DNA of 64,000 nt from an uncultured Thermoplasmata archaeon (GTDB lineage Archaea > Thermoplasmatota > Thermoplasmata > RBG-16-68-12). A program made the position numbers and the translations under genes. Where the stretch lies: positions 704,001-768,000 of the forward strand of contig CAVYJM010000006.1 in NCBI GenBank assembly GCA_963768855.1. The letters are read 5' to 3'. Within the stretch, counting starts at the first letter, position 1. Every line of letters begins with the position of its first letter. The notes beneath the pieces were generated by a model that saw nothing but the letters and a program-made list of their open reading frames with translations, did not search any database and had not been told where the DNA came from. This document shows positions 29,440 through 38,082 of this stretch, in pieces.

Positions 29440-30576
29440 TCAGATGACCTTCTTCTTGAGGACCTTCTTGACCGTCGAGATCTGAGCCTTCTTCCCGCCC
29501 TTGTCGTCCTCCGCGGACATCCGGTGGCCGCACGCGTAGCACATGATCGCATCGCTGGAGATCATCGTGCCGCACGAGGGACAGGGCAGTTCGCTCTCCC
29601 CGGCGGCTTCCTCGACGACTTCCTCTTCCTGGAGGCGGTGGCCGCACGCGTAGCACATGATCGCATCGCTGGAGATCATCGTGCCGCAGGCAGGGCAGGG
29701 CACCTCCGCGGCGGCCTCTTCCTTGACCTCGGGTTGGGCCTGGACGACCGGCTTCCCGACCGGCTTGGCCATCTGGGGTACCGGCTGGGCTGCGGTGGCG
29801 GGCTGGGGTCGGGCCGCCGGCGGGGCGGTCGCGGGGCCCGGTCCGGAGCTCCGGACGGCCGGAGCGGGCGCGGCCGCGGGAGCCTGCGCCGAGACGGGGA
29901 TCTGCGCGGCCTGCGCCTGCTGTGCGCGGAGGCTCTGCTCCAAGGCGAGGAGCTGCTTCTCCTTGTCGGCAAGCCGGCGCGTCTCGTCCGCGATGCGGGT
30001 CCGGCTTTGGGCGAGGTTCTGCTCCTCGTCGGCAAAGCCCTTCTCGCGTTCGAGTTGCTGTCGACCCTTGGCGATCTGGTCCTCGAGCGCGGCCTTGTGG
30101 TCCTCCATGACCTTCACGAGTTCCTCCTGACGCTTCACGATCTCACTCTTGCGAGAGGCGATCTCGTTCGCATGGGCAGCCGTTTCCTCGTGCCGCTTGG
30201 CGATCTCGTCCTCGCGCTTCACGAGGGATTCAAGGCGCTTCGCGAGTTCCTCCTCACGCTGGACGAGGCCTTGCTCCTTGGAAAGCACCTTCTGCTTGGT
30301 GGATTCGAATTCCTGTTCTCTCTGCTCCAACGACCTCTCCTGCTGCTCGAGCTCCTTCTCGCGGGCGCGGAGTCCCTTCTCACGACCCGAGAGGGCGTCC
30401 TTCTCGTCGGCGAGGCCCGCCTTCTCCTGGTCCAGCGTCTGCCGCTCCTCGGCGAGTTTGGTCTCCCGCTCCTGGAGAGCTCCCTCGCGGTCCTTGAATT
30501 CCGCGTCGCGAGTCTTGATGCTCTCCTCGAGCTTCTTCAGTGCATCCAGTGCGTCCAAGATCGATCCATCGGCCAT
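29440..30576 (-). CDS. Coiled-coil protein with Pro/Ala linker and two C-terminal zinc ribbons
   Basis: Long E/K/R heptad region; two PCP.CGTMISSDAIMCYACGHR units; tail VKKVLKKKVI. Confidence 0.85.
   Translation of the reverse strand: MADGSILDALDALKKLEESIKTRDAEFKDREGALQERETKLAEERQTLDQEKAGLADEKDALSGREKGLRAREKELEQQERSLEQREQEFESTKQKVLSKEQGLVQREEELAKRLESLVKREDEIAKRHEETAAHANEIASRKSEIVKRQEELVKVMEDHKAALEDQIAKGRQQLEREKGFADEEQNLAQSRTRIADETRRLADKEKQLLALEQSLRAQQAQAAQIPVSAQAPAAAPAPAVRSSGPGPATAPPAARPQPATAAQPVPQMAKPVGKPVVQAQPEVKEEAAAEVPCPACGTMISSDAIMCYACGHRLQEEEVVEEAAGESELPCPSCGTMISSDAIMCYACGHRMSAEDDKGGKKAQISTVKKVLKKKVI
29522..29688. repeat. 53-bp identical direct repeat (29522-29574 and 29636-29688)
   Basis: Both copies read CGGTGGCCGCACGCGTAGCACATGATCGCATCGCTGGAGATCATCGTGCCGCA; they encode the two zinc ribbons. 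Confidence 0.92.
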
Positions 30577-30644
30577 CTACGGTGCCCTCCCGCTCTGTTG
30601 TCTCGTTCCACGACGCCTCCCAGGCGTGCGTGGCTCGAAAGGAA

Positions 30645-31367
30645 TCATGAGGTGTTGCCTCCCGTGTCGAAGATGGGGCCCAGCACGGTGAGCCCGCCTT
30701 TTCGCGGCTCGATCGCATGTTTCTCCATGGAGTGCTCGACGGCGCGCATCTTCTCCACCTGGAGGTAGCGCACGAGCTTGCCGTGGGCGCGGTCGAGACC
30801 GAGCATCACGATGCCATCGACGAGGAAGCCCTCGTTGCCAAGCATGTGGCTCTCCCCGCCGAGGCTCCGTTCCATGACGATGAGCGAGATCAGATTGTTG
30901 TCCCGCAGCATCTTGAAGAAGTAGAACATGCGCTTCCGCATGTTGCCGTTGTTCTCCATCAAGGAGTACAGAGCCCCGAGGGAATCGAGCGCGAACACGC
31001 GGAACTTCGGACCGTGGAGTTTCTTGAAGTGGGTGATCATCTTCTCGATGAACGCGATGTAGTCGGTCTGGTCCTCCGGACCGACCACCGCGTCGATCTC
31101 GCGCAAGTCCGTGAAGTCGCTGATTTGCATGTTGAGGGAGATGTCGATCCCGAGGGACTCCATGTTCCGGAGATGGGACTGGACCGTCTCCTCGAGGGTC
31201 GTGTACAGCCCGAACTCTCCCGTCTCCTTGAGGTACTTCGACATGAGGGCGTAGCAGAACGACGTCTTCATCGCGCCCGGCGGGCCCGTGACGAGGATCA
31301 CCTTGGGCGGCGTGATCTCGGTGCGGATGACCTTGTCGAGACCGTCGATGGACGCGCGGAAACCCAT
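30645..31367 (-). CDS. KaiC/RAD55-family (RecA-fold) ATPase, single domain
   Basis: SIDGLDKVI, VTGPPGAMKTSF, YTTLEE, ALDSLGAL, EGFLVDGIVML, LQVEKMRAVEH. Confidence 0.88.
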   Translation of the reverse strand: MGFRASIDGLDKVIRTEITPPKVILVTGPPGAMKTSFCYALMSKYLKETGEFGLYTTLEETVQSHLRNMESLGIDISLNMQISDFTDLREIDAVVGPEDQTDYIAFIEKMITHFKKLHGPKFRVFALDSLGALYSLMENNGNMRKRMFYFFKMLRDNNLISLIVMERSLGGESHMLGNEGFLVDGIVMLGLDRAHGKLVRYLQVEKMRAVEHSMEKHAIEPRKGGLTVLGPIFDTGGNTS

Positions 31368-31561
31368 GGCAGCTCCTCGCCGACGCCAATCGCACGGGGA
31401 ACTCGCTCACTTAACGGTATCGCGCTCGTTATCCGAATTGAGCACTTATCATTCTCTGTACCGAGACCAGAAAGTCTTTATCGCTCGCGACGGGTCGGAA
31501 TCCCCACGTCCAATCGCTGAGGTCGAGCCGTACGCCTCCTAAAGAGACCAAGGTCTGTCCC

Positions 31562-33001
31562 GTGTGCGATGCGACGATCGACGCGGATGCGGAGAGCTGC
31601 CCATCTTGCCTCACGGACCTGACCCTTTTCGACATCGGTGGTGACTCGTCTGAGGAGAGCTCGGATGTGCGCATGCCCGAGGGAAAGAGCATCGACGACA
31701 TCCTCGCATCGATCATGGAAGGGAAGGCCGAGCAACCCGAGATCTTCGAGACCCTGAAGAACGTCGCGAAGGATCATCGGAGCACGAAGGACCTTCTGGT
31801 CGAGGAGAGGTCCGTGGAGCTTTCGCCCCCCTCGCCGACTCAGGAGGAGTCGCCGTTCCTGTGTCCGGTCTGTGACACCCCCGTCCGATCGGACGACACG
31901 GTCTGCCCCGGTTGCGGGGCTGAGTTCTCCGAGGGCCAGGCCACCGAGTATGAGTGCCCCGTGTGCAAGGCCGCGGTGCCCGCCGATGCGGACCACTGCC
32001 CGGGGTGCGGCGTCCGCTTTGCCTCCGAGGAGGAGGCTGGACTGGCTGCCGCGGAGCCTTCCCCCCCGCAGGAACGTCCTCCTCCTGCATCCGTGTCTCC
32101 AGCCGCGCCCGCCGCGTCGGCCTCCCCAGCGGCTCCCAGGCCGCCTGACACCGTGAGGCTGGGGCTGGGCCCCAAGGTGGAAGGCCTCCGTGACGAGGTC
32201 CGCAGCGAGCGTCGGGACATCCCGTACGGAGATCGCAAGCTCATCGCGCGAGAGTTGCCGCGGCTCGTCAACGAGGTCAAGCCTCTTCTGGTCAGCGCGA
32301 AGCGGATCGGAGTCGGCATCGATGGCGGGAAGCGGCTCATCAACAGCGCCGTCGAGGCCGGGAAGCGCAAGGAGATGGAGAAGGCGGTCCGCCTGATCTC
32401 GGATGCCCGCCACTCCCTCGATGTCGCGTTCGTCGACTTCGTCGGCAGCCGCCTGGTCGCGCTCGCCTCGGAGGTGGAGGCGGCCGGCCCCGGCGACGCC
32501 GCGAATCTCGCTCGCCCCCAGCTCGAAGACGCTTTCGCCCGACTGAAGGATCGCGAGTACGACGCCGCATGGGACGCCCTCCAGGCCGCGAAGACTACGT
32601 TCCAGTCCCAGGCCCGTGAGTACACGGAGGGACGCAAGATCCTGGAAGCGACCGAGCGGCTGCTCGGCGAGGTGCGGAGCCTCGGGATGGATTCGAAGGA
32701 GGTCGAACGCCTGGTGCGGCAAAGCCGCGAGGCCGGCGAACGCCGCGATCTGCCCGGGTCCCTGCGACTCGCACGCCAGGCCCAGGAGCGCCTGCTCCAG
32801 GCGGTGCCCGAGTTCGTGCAGGTCGAGATGCGCAATGCACGGGACCGCCTCTTGGACGTGAAGGTGCGGGGCGGAGATCTGTCCAAACCCGTCGGGATCC
32901 TCAAGGAGGCCAGCGCGCACGTGAAGAACGAGGAGTGGAGCGAGGCCATCCGGTTCCTGAAGGAGTTCGAGAAGGAGATCTCCCGTCTGCCGAAAGCCTG
33001 A
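31562..33001 (+). CDS. Multi-zinc-ribbon protein with helical C-terminal region; start probably a few codons upstream
   Basis: CPVC/CPSC, CPVCD/CPGCG, CPVCK/CPGCG pairs, Pro/Ala linker, helical repeats; in-frame KETKVC precedes the GTG. Confidence 0.82.
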   Translation: MCDATIDADAESCPSCLTDLTLFDIGGDSSEESSDVRMPEGKSIDDILASIMEGKAEQPEIFETLKNVAKDHRSTKDLLVEERSVELSPPSPTQEESPFLCPVCDTPVRSDDTVCPGCGAEFSEGQATEYECPVCKAAVPADADHCPGCGVRFASEEEAGLAAAEPSPPQERPPPASVSPAAPAASASPAAPRPPDTVRLGLGPKVEGLRDEVRSERRDIPYGDRKLIARELPRLVNEVKPLLVSAKRIGVGIDGGKRLINSAVEAGKRKEMEKAVRLISDARHSLDVAFVDFVGSRLVALASEVEAAGPGDAANLARPQLEDAFARLKDREYDAAWDALQAAKTTFQSQAREYTEGRKILEATERLLGEVRSLGMDSKEVERLVRQSREAGERRDLPGSLRLARQAQERLLQAVPEFVQVEMRNARDRLLDVKVRGGDLSKPVGILKEASAHVKNEEWSEAIRFLKEFEKEISRLPKA

Positions 33002-33013
33002 CCGACCTGGCGG

Positions 33014-35125
33014 TCAACCGGCGCGGACGACTTCCATCTCCCGCTCGAGCATCCGGAGTTCCTGCTCCTTCACCGTCGCGGGTCCCAAGGAGATCAGGAA
33101 GATGTGGTGGCCCTCGGAGACCGTGTCGACGAGTCTCCGGACGAACTTGAGGACCGCGTCGAAGGAGTTGTTCGAAACGAGGTACTCGACGCCGTCCAGC
33201 ATGATCGAGCCCTGCGGCCGCTTCGACATGAAGCCTTCGATCTCGTAGACGATTCGCTCGAGCGCGGGGGCGATTGTCTCCTCCTTGCTCCCCTCGCGGT
33301 CCGTGAGCCAGAGGACGCGGACGGCATCGAGCGAGAAGGATTCCCGGACCCGTTTGGGGTTCGTTCGGGTGATGAGCAAGCCGCCCTTGGCTCCGTCGAC
33401 CGCCTTCGCGAAGAGCCGGTACGCCTGCTCCGGACGGTCCTCCTCGACTAGGTAGCTCCGTCCCGCCCGCAGGTCCTTCGGAACGCCGGACGGGGGAGCG
33501 GTCCTCGTCTCCTTCGTCGGCTCCACGACTTCCTGCCGCAGAACTTCCTTCGCGAGGTCCGCGGTGATCGGGCGCTCCATGAGCGACGAGAAGGCCACAA
33601 CGCGGTTCAGCGCGCCACCGAGCTCGCGAACGTTGTCCTCGACGAGGTTTGCGATGTACCGGAGGACGTCGGTGTCGACCGTCAGATGCGCGTCCTCCGC
33701 GCGCTGTCGCAGGATCTGAATTCGGGTGTCGAGTTCGGGTGCCTGGATGTTGGCGAGGAGGCCGGATTCGAACCGGGAGACGAGGCGGTCGTCGAGCTGC
33801 GTGATGGCCTTGGGAGGCCGGTCACAGGCGAAGACCAATTGTTTCCCGCCGTTCGAGAGCTCATCGAATATCCGCAGGACTTCCTCTTGGAGGTCGCCCT
33901 TCCCGCTGAGGAACTGCAGGTCGTCGAGAAGGAGGCAGTCAAGCGATCGGACGCGTTCGTGGAAGCCCCCCGATCCGCGGACGCCCCGCGACGCCTCGAG
34001 ATGGCCGGCGAGCGCCTCGCACGTGAGATACAGGACCTGCGACCCGGGACGGTGGGCGCGCAGGTAGTTGCCGACGGCGTTGAGGAGATGGGTCTTCCCG
34101 AGCCCGGGGCCCGACGTCACGACGAGGGGGTTGTATGCGCCGCCCGGTTGCTTCCCCGCGGCGATCGCGGCGCCGTAGGCGAAGCGGTTGCTCTCCCCCA
34201 CGATGAAGGCGTCGAAGGTGTACTGCTCGATGAGCTCGGTGGCCTGGTCGCGCGTCGGCGTGGGACCCTCGAGGACCTTGGCGACCTCTTCCCTCGACGG
34301 GGTGGGGATGTCGGACCGCATCGCTCCGCGTTGACGGAGCACGAGTTCGAGCACTTTCTTCGTCCGCTCCTGCGAGTCACGCTCCCTGGTGACCTCGATG
34401 CGGCGCCGCTCCTCGATTCGCTTGTAGCTCTCCACCGCATCCCGGAGGCTCTCGACCTCCGAGTCGATGTCCGGGTTGCGGAGTGGATCCCTCAGCTTCT
34501 GATGGAGGGCGGCCGCCCGCGCCTCGAATCCCCTGGTGTCGAGCCCTTTCAGCGTATCCTCGACGGCCTCCGCGCGGCGGATCGCCTCGAGCAGGGACAG
34601 ATAGGCTCCGGTGACCACGCCAGGATTCCCGTTGATCTGGTCCTGAACGGAGTTCACGACGAAGCCCCGCGTCCTCCACTCCGCGAGCTTGGCCTCAATC
34701 TCGGCCCGGTCGATTACCTGGGGCACTTTCGGCTTCTTGATCACCTTCGCCGGCCGCTCGAGGATCGCGTCCGCGTACTCCGCAATCAGGCCGTCCATGT
34801 CGATGCGAGCGTGGAGCTCGATGGTCGCCTCATCGACGTAGGAGTCTTGCCACACCCGCTTGAGTGCAGCTCGGCCTCGCTCCTGATCCTCCCCGCGCTG
34901 GTGGAGGCTCGCCTCGGGGCTTCCGGCGCGGAGCAGGACGATCCCCTCCGAGCGCACTCCGTCGCGCGTCAGGACGATTCGCACGTAGCCCGAGAAGGAG
35001 TACTTCTTGAGGTCGAGCAGGAGCTGTTTGAGGGCGCTGGCTCCGCCTCGCGTGGTGCGGATGAGTTTTCCTTCTGGGAGAAGAAGGTCCTGCGGCGTAG
35101 GACTTCCTCGAGACTCCCGAGCCAT
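33014..35125 (-). CDS. Fusion protein: DUF2226/PATAN-like N-terminus + helical linker + DnaA-type AAA+ domain + DUF835
   Basis: YTFDAFIVGESNRFAY, YNPL..GPGLGKTHLL, LLLDDLQFL, DRPP, DRLVSRFESGL, NVRELGGALNR are DnaA domain III motifs; C-terminal SYLVEE..LITRTNP..VLWLT..MLDGVEYLVSNNSF is DUF835. Confidence 0.88.
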   Translation of the reverse strand: MARESRGSPTPQDLLLPEGKLIRTTRGGASALKQLLLDLKKYSFSGYVRIVLTRDGVRSEGIVLLRAGSPEASLHQRGEDQERGRAALKRVWQDSYVDEATIELHARIDMDGLIAEYADAILERPAKVIKKPKVPQVIDRAEIEAKLAEWRTRGFVVNSVQDQINGNPGVVTGAYLSLLEAIRRAEAVEDTLKGLDTRGFEARAAALHQKLRDPLRNPDIDSEVESLRDAVESYKRIEERRRIEVTRERDSQERTKKVLELVLRQRGAMRSDIPTPSREEVAKVLEGPTPTRDQATELIEQYTFDAFIVGESNRFAYGAAIAAGKQPGGAYNPLVVTSGPGLGKTHLLNAVGNYLRAHRPGSQVLYLTCEALAGHLEASRGVRGSGGFHERVRSLDCLLLDDLQFLSGKGDLQEEVLRIFDELSNGGKQLVFACDRPPKAITQLDDRLVSRFESGLLANIQAPELDTRIQILRQRAEDAHLTVDTDVLRYIANLVEDNVRELGGALNRVVAFSSLMERPITADLAKEVLRQEVVEPTKETRTAPPSGVPKDLRAGRSYLVEEDRPEQAYRLFAKAVDGAKGGLLITRTNPKRVRESFSLDAVRVLWLTDREGSKEETIAPALERIVYEIEGFMSKRPQGSIMLDGVEYLVSNNSFDAVLKFVRRLVDTVSEGHHIFLISLGPATVKEQELRMLEREMEVVRAG

Positions 35126-35134
35126 CCCGAAGCC

Positions 35135-35149
35135 CCTCTAAATAGGTTG
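35135..35149 (-). promoter_or_regulatory. BRE-TATA-like promoter, likely near-leaderless, for the DnaA-DUF835 gene
   Basis: Minus strand TTGCAACC-TATTTAG resembles the element at 29263; it is closer to the ATG than expected, so the assignment is tentative. Confidence 0.3.
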
Positions 35150-35329
35150 CAACGTAGTTACGAATGCTGAGAACACCCTCGGTTTCCGCTCCAGTGCGCC
35201 CGCATGTTCACGACCCGCAAAGGAGGCAGAGGCGGGCGTTGCCGGCGAAGTGTTTTCCCTCTTGACCGGAGCGCTCAGTAACGTCCTAAGCAAAACTCTA
35301 TTATCTTCTTGGATTTTGCCGCGATTGCC

Positions 35330-36577
35330 ATGGCCCGGGCTTTCTTCACGATGGATGATTTTGACCTCTCGGGTCGCACGGTGCTCCTCCGGGTCGACAT
35401 CAACTCGCCGATCGATCCGGCGACCAAGACGCTGCTCAACGACGCGCGCCTCCGCGAGCACCTCTCCACCATCCGCGACCTCCGGGGCTCAAAGGTCGTC
35501 GTACTTGCGCACCAGTCCCGTCCGGGAAAGGATGACTTCACGTCCCTCGCGCCGCACGCGGAGCGCCTCTCCAGCCTGCTCGGCCGCCCTGTTAAGTTCG
35601 TGGATGGCCTGTACAACCGGGAGGCCCTCGACGCCATCCGCGGCCTCGAGACGGGGGACGTCCTCGTCCTGGAGAACGTTCGGTTCTTCGCCGAGGAGGA
35701 CGCCCTCGCCGACTCAAAGATCGAGAAGATGGCCAAGACGCACATCGTCCGGAAGCTCGCACCGCTCGCGCAGTACTTCGTCCTCGACGCGTTCGCCGCC
35801 GCCCACCGGGCCCAGCCGAGCCTCGTCGGCTTCGTGGACGTGCTGCCGACCCTCGCGGGCCGCGTCATGGAGAAGGAGCTCACGATGCTCGATCGCGCGA
35901 TTCACAGCCAGGACCGCCCCAAGATCGCGATCTTCGGGGGCGTGAAGGCGGACGACAGCATCGCCGTTTCGAAACACATGCTCGAGAAGGGCGTCGTCGA
36001 CAAGGTGCTGACGACCGGCGGCGTCGCGAACATGTTCCTCCAGGCGGACGGAAAGGACCCCGGCCCCCTCACGACGGAGTTCATGAAGAAGGAGATCGAG
36101 GAGTACGACACATACGTCGGCCAGTGCAAGGAGCTCCTCGCGAAGTACCGGGACCGGATCCTCATGCCGACGGACGTCGTCCTGAACGACGGGGGCCAGC
36201 GGAGGCCCGCCCTCGTGAAGGAGCTGCCTTCCGCCCTGCAGGTCTACGATATCGGCCTCGACACGCTCGCGCGGTACATCGAGGAGATCCGCGCGGCGAA
36301 GACGGTCTTCTTCAACGGCCCCGCCGGCGTGTTCGAGAAGGACGAGTTCGCCGTCGGAACGCGGGAGCTCCTCCAGGCCATCGCGGAATCGGATGCCTTT
36401 TCGGTCGTCGGCGGAGGACACACGGTCGCCGCGGTGGAGCAGTACGGTCTCGAGGACGCGATGGGCCACGTGAGCACGGGCGGAGGCGCGCTGATCAACT
36501 ACCTGGCGGGCAAGGAGCTCCCCCTCGTCACGGCCCTGGAGCGATCCTACAAGAAGTTCTCCCAGAAGAAAGCGTAG
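35330..36577 (+). CDS. pgk: Phosphoglycerate kinase
   Basis: LLRVDINSP, LAHQSRPG, LENVRF, DAFAAAHR, FGGVKADD, NGPAGVFE, VGGGHT, STGGGA. Confidence 0.97.
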   Translation: MARAFFTMDDFDLSGRTVLLRVDINSPIDPATKTLLNDARLREHLSTIRDLRGSKVVVLAHQSRPGKDDFTSLAPHAERLSSLLGRPVKFVDGLYNREALDAIRGLETGDVLVLENVRFFAEEDALADSKIEKMAKTHIVRKLAPLAQYFVLDAFAAAHRAQPSLVGFVDVLPTLAGRVMEKELTMLDRAIHSQDRPKIAIFGGVKADDSIAVSKHMLEKGVVDKVLTTGGVANMFLQADGKDPGPLTTEFMKKEIEEYDTYVGQCKELLAKYRDRILMPTDVVLNDGGQRRPALVKELPSALQVYDIGLDTLARYIEEIRAAKTVFFNGPAGVFEKDEFAVGTRELLQAIAESDAFSVVGGGHTVAAVEQYGLEDAMGHVSTGGGALINYLAGKELPLVTALERSYKKFSQKKA

Positions 36578-36622
36578 GCCGCGGCACAGGGTTCAAGTAT
36601 CCGGCGGAGGGTGGCTCCGCCG

Positions 36623-37984
36623 ATGCGGTTCGGGGGTCTGAGGAAGCCTCAGGACTGGGGCGTCGAGCCGGTGCCTCCGGAGAAGCGCAACCTCCGCACG
36701 ATCGATCTCGGGGTCCTCTGGTTCAACCTGGGCGTCGGGCTCCTCGTCCTCTATGCGGGGACGTTCATCACGGGCTACGGGTTCGGGCTCATTCCCCTGC
36801 TCGGGATCGTCTTTGCGGGGTCCGTGCTCGGAAGCGTCTTCCTCGCGGGCGCCGGGACGATTGGCACACGCCACGGCGTGCCGACGATGGTCAGCCTCCG
36901 GCCAATCTTCGGGCGGCGCGGATCGTTCGCGCCCACCGCGCTCAACGCGGCCCAGCTCTTCGGCTGGACCGCGCTGGAAATCTGGGTCATGTCCGTGGCG
37001 GCGAACGCCTTGTCGGGCCCGTTCCTCGGAACCTTCACGGGCGTCTTCTGGGTCGTCCTGTTCGGCGCGTTCTGCGGGTTCCTCGCCTGGGGCGGACCCA
37101 TGGTGGTCGTCAAGGACTGGCTCGAGCGGATTGGCCTGTGGCTCGTCCTGGCGGGGGCCGGATGGATCACGTTCCGGCTCGTGACGGCCCCGGGCGTGGC
37201 CGCGTCGCTCCCCCTCTGGGGCGGCGACTGGACCAAGGCGGGTCTCGGGCTGGACCTGGTCATCGCGATGCCGATCTCGTGGTGGCCTCTCGTCGCGGAC
37301 TACAACCGGTTCGCGGAGTCGAACCGCAAGGCGTTCCTCGGCACGACGATCGGGTATGTCACGGCGAACACCTGGTTCTACCTCCTCGGAGCCGTCATGT
37401 TCCTGGTGCTTGGCCTTTCGAACGCGAGCGATGTCTTCGCAGCCGCCATCGTCGGCGTGTACGGGGCGCTTGCCCTGGTGGCCATCCTCGCAGACGAGAC
37501 GGACAACGGCTTCGCGAACATCTACTCGACGAGCGTCTCGCTCCAGAACATCCGGCCGAAGGCCACGCTCCGCCGCCTCGTGCCAATCGTGACCACCGCC
37601 GGACTCGCGGTCGCGGCGCTCCTGACGGCCCTGCCCCAGGCGAGCGTCCTCGTGTACCAGCCGTTCCTCTACTTCATCGGCGGCGTGTTCGTCCCGATGC
37701 TCGGCGTCGTCCTTGCGGACGTCTACGTGGTGCGTCGGTCCGGCTACGCGCCCGAGGAGTTCCGCGACGGCGGGAAACGTTCCTCCGTACCCGCCTTCAT
37801 GGCGTGGATCCTCGGCATGGCCACGTACTTCCCGATCTACCTCGTGAACTCGCAGTACGTCTCGCTCGACCTGGGAGGGCTCAATCTCCTGGGTGCCAGC
37901 GTGCCCTCGTTCGCGCTCTCGGCGGGGGTATACATCGCCGCGACGAGGCTCCTCGCCCCGGCCGATGAGCGCGCTCCCGCGTGA
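36623..37984 (+). CDS. Purine-cytosine permease (NCS1; CodB/CytX-like)
   Basis: GVEPVP..R, LWFNLGVG, QLFGWTALE, MPISWWPLVADYNRF, DNGFANIYS; about 12 TM segments. Confidence 0.88.
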   Translation: MRFGGLRKPQDWGVEPVPPEKRNLRTIDLGVLWFNLGVGLLVLYAGTFITGYGFGLIPLLGIVFAGSVLGSVFLAGAGTIGTRHGVPTMVSLRPIFGRRGSFAPTALNAAQLFGWTALEIWVMSVAANALSGPFLGTFTGVFWVVLFGAFCGFLAWGGPMVVVKDWLERIGLWLVLAGAGWITFRLVTAPGVAASLPLWGGDWTKAGLGLDLVIAMPISWWPLVADYNRFAESNRKAFLGTTIGYVTANTWFYLLGAVMFLVLGLSNASDVFAAAIVGVYGALALVAILADETDNGFANIYSTSVSLQNIRPKATLRRLVPIVTTAGLAVAALLTALPQASVLVYQPFLYFIGGVFVPMLGVVLADVYVVRRSGYAPEEFRDGGKRSSVPAFMAWILGMATYFPIYLVNSQYVSLDLGGLNLLGASVPSFALSAGVYIAATRLLAPADERAPA

Positions 37985-38082
37985 CCGGGTCGCTCGATAT
38001 CCAGCCGTAGGCCGTAGCTCCGATCAGGTTGCCGCATAAATGGAAGGTGGGAGCGGTGCGATCCGCCCCCTTGGATTTCCGT

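Noticed and set aside
33014-35330. A functional bacterial-type replication origin or initiator, or bacterial contamination
   Set aside because: No domain IV, no TTATCCACA boxes seen, no dnaN/gyrB; the flanking genes and DUF835 are archaeal, with uniform codon style.
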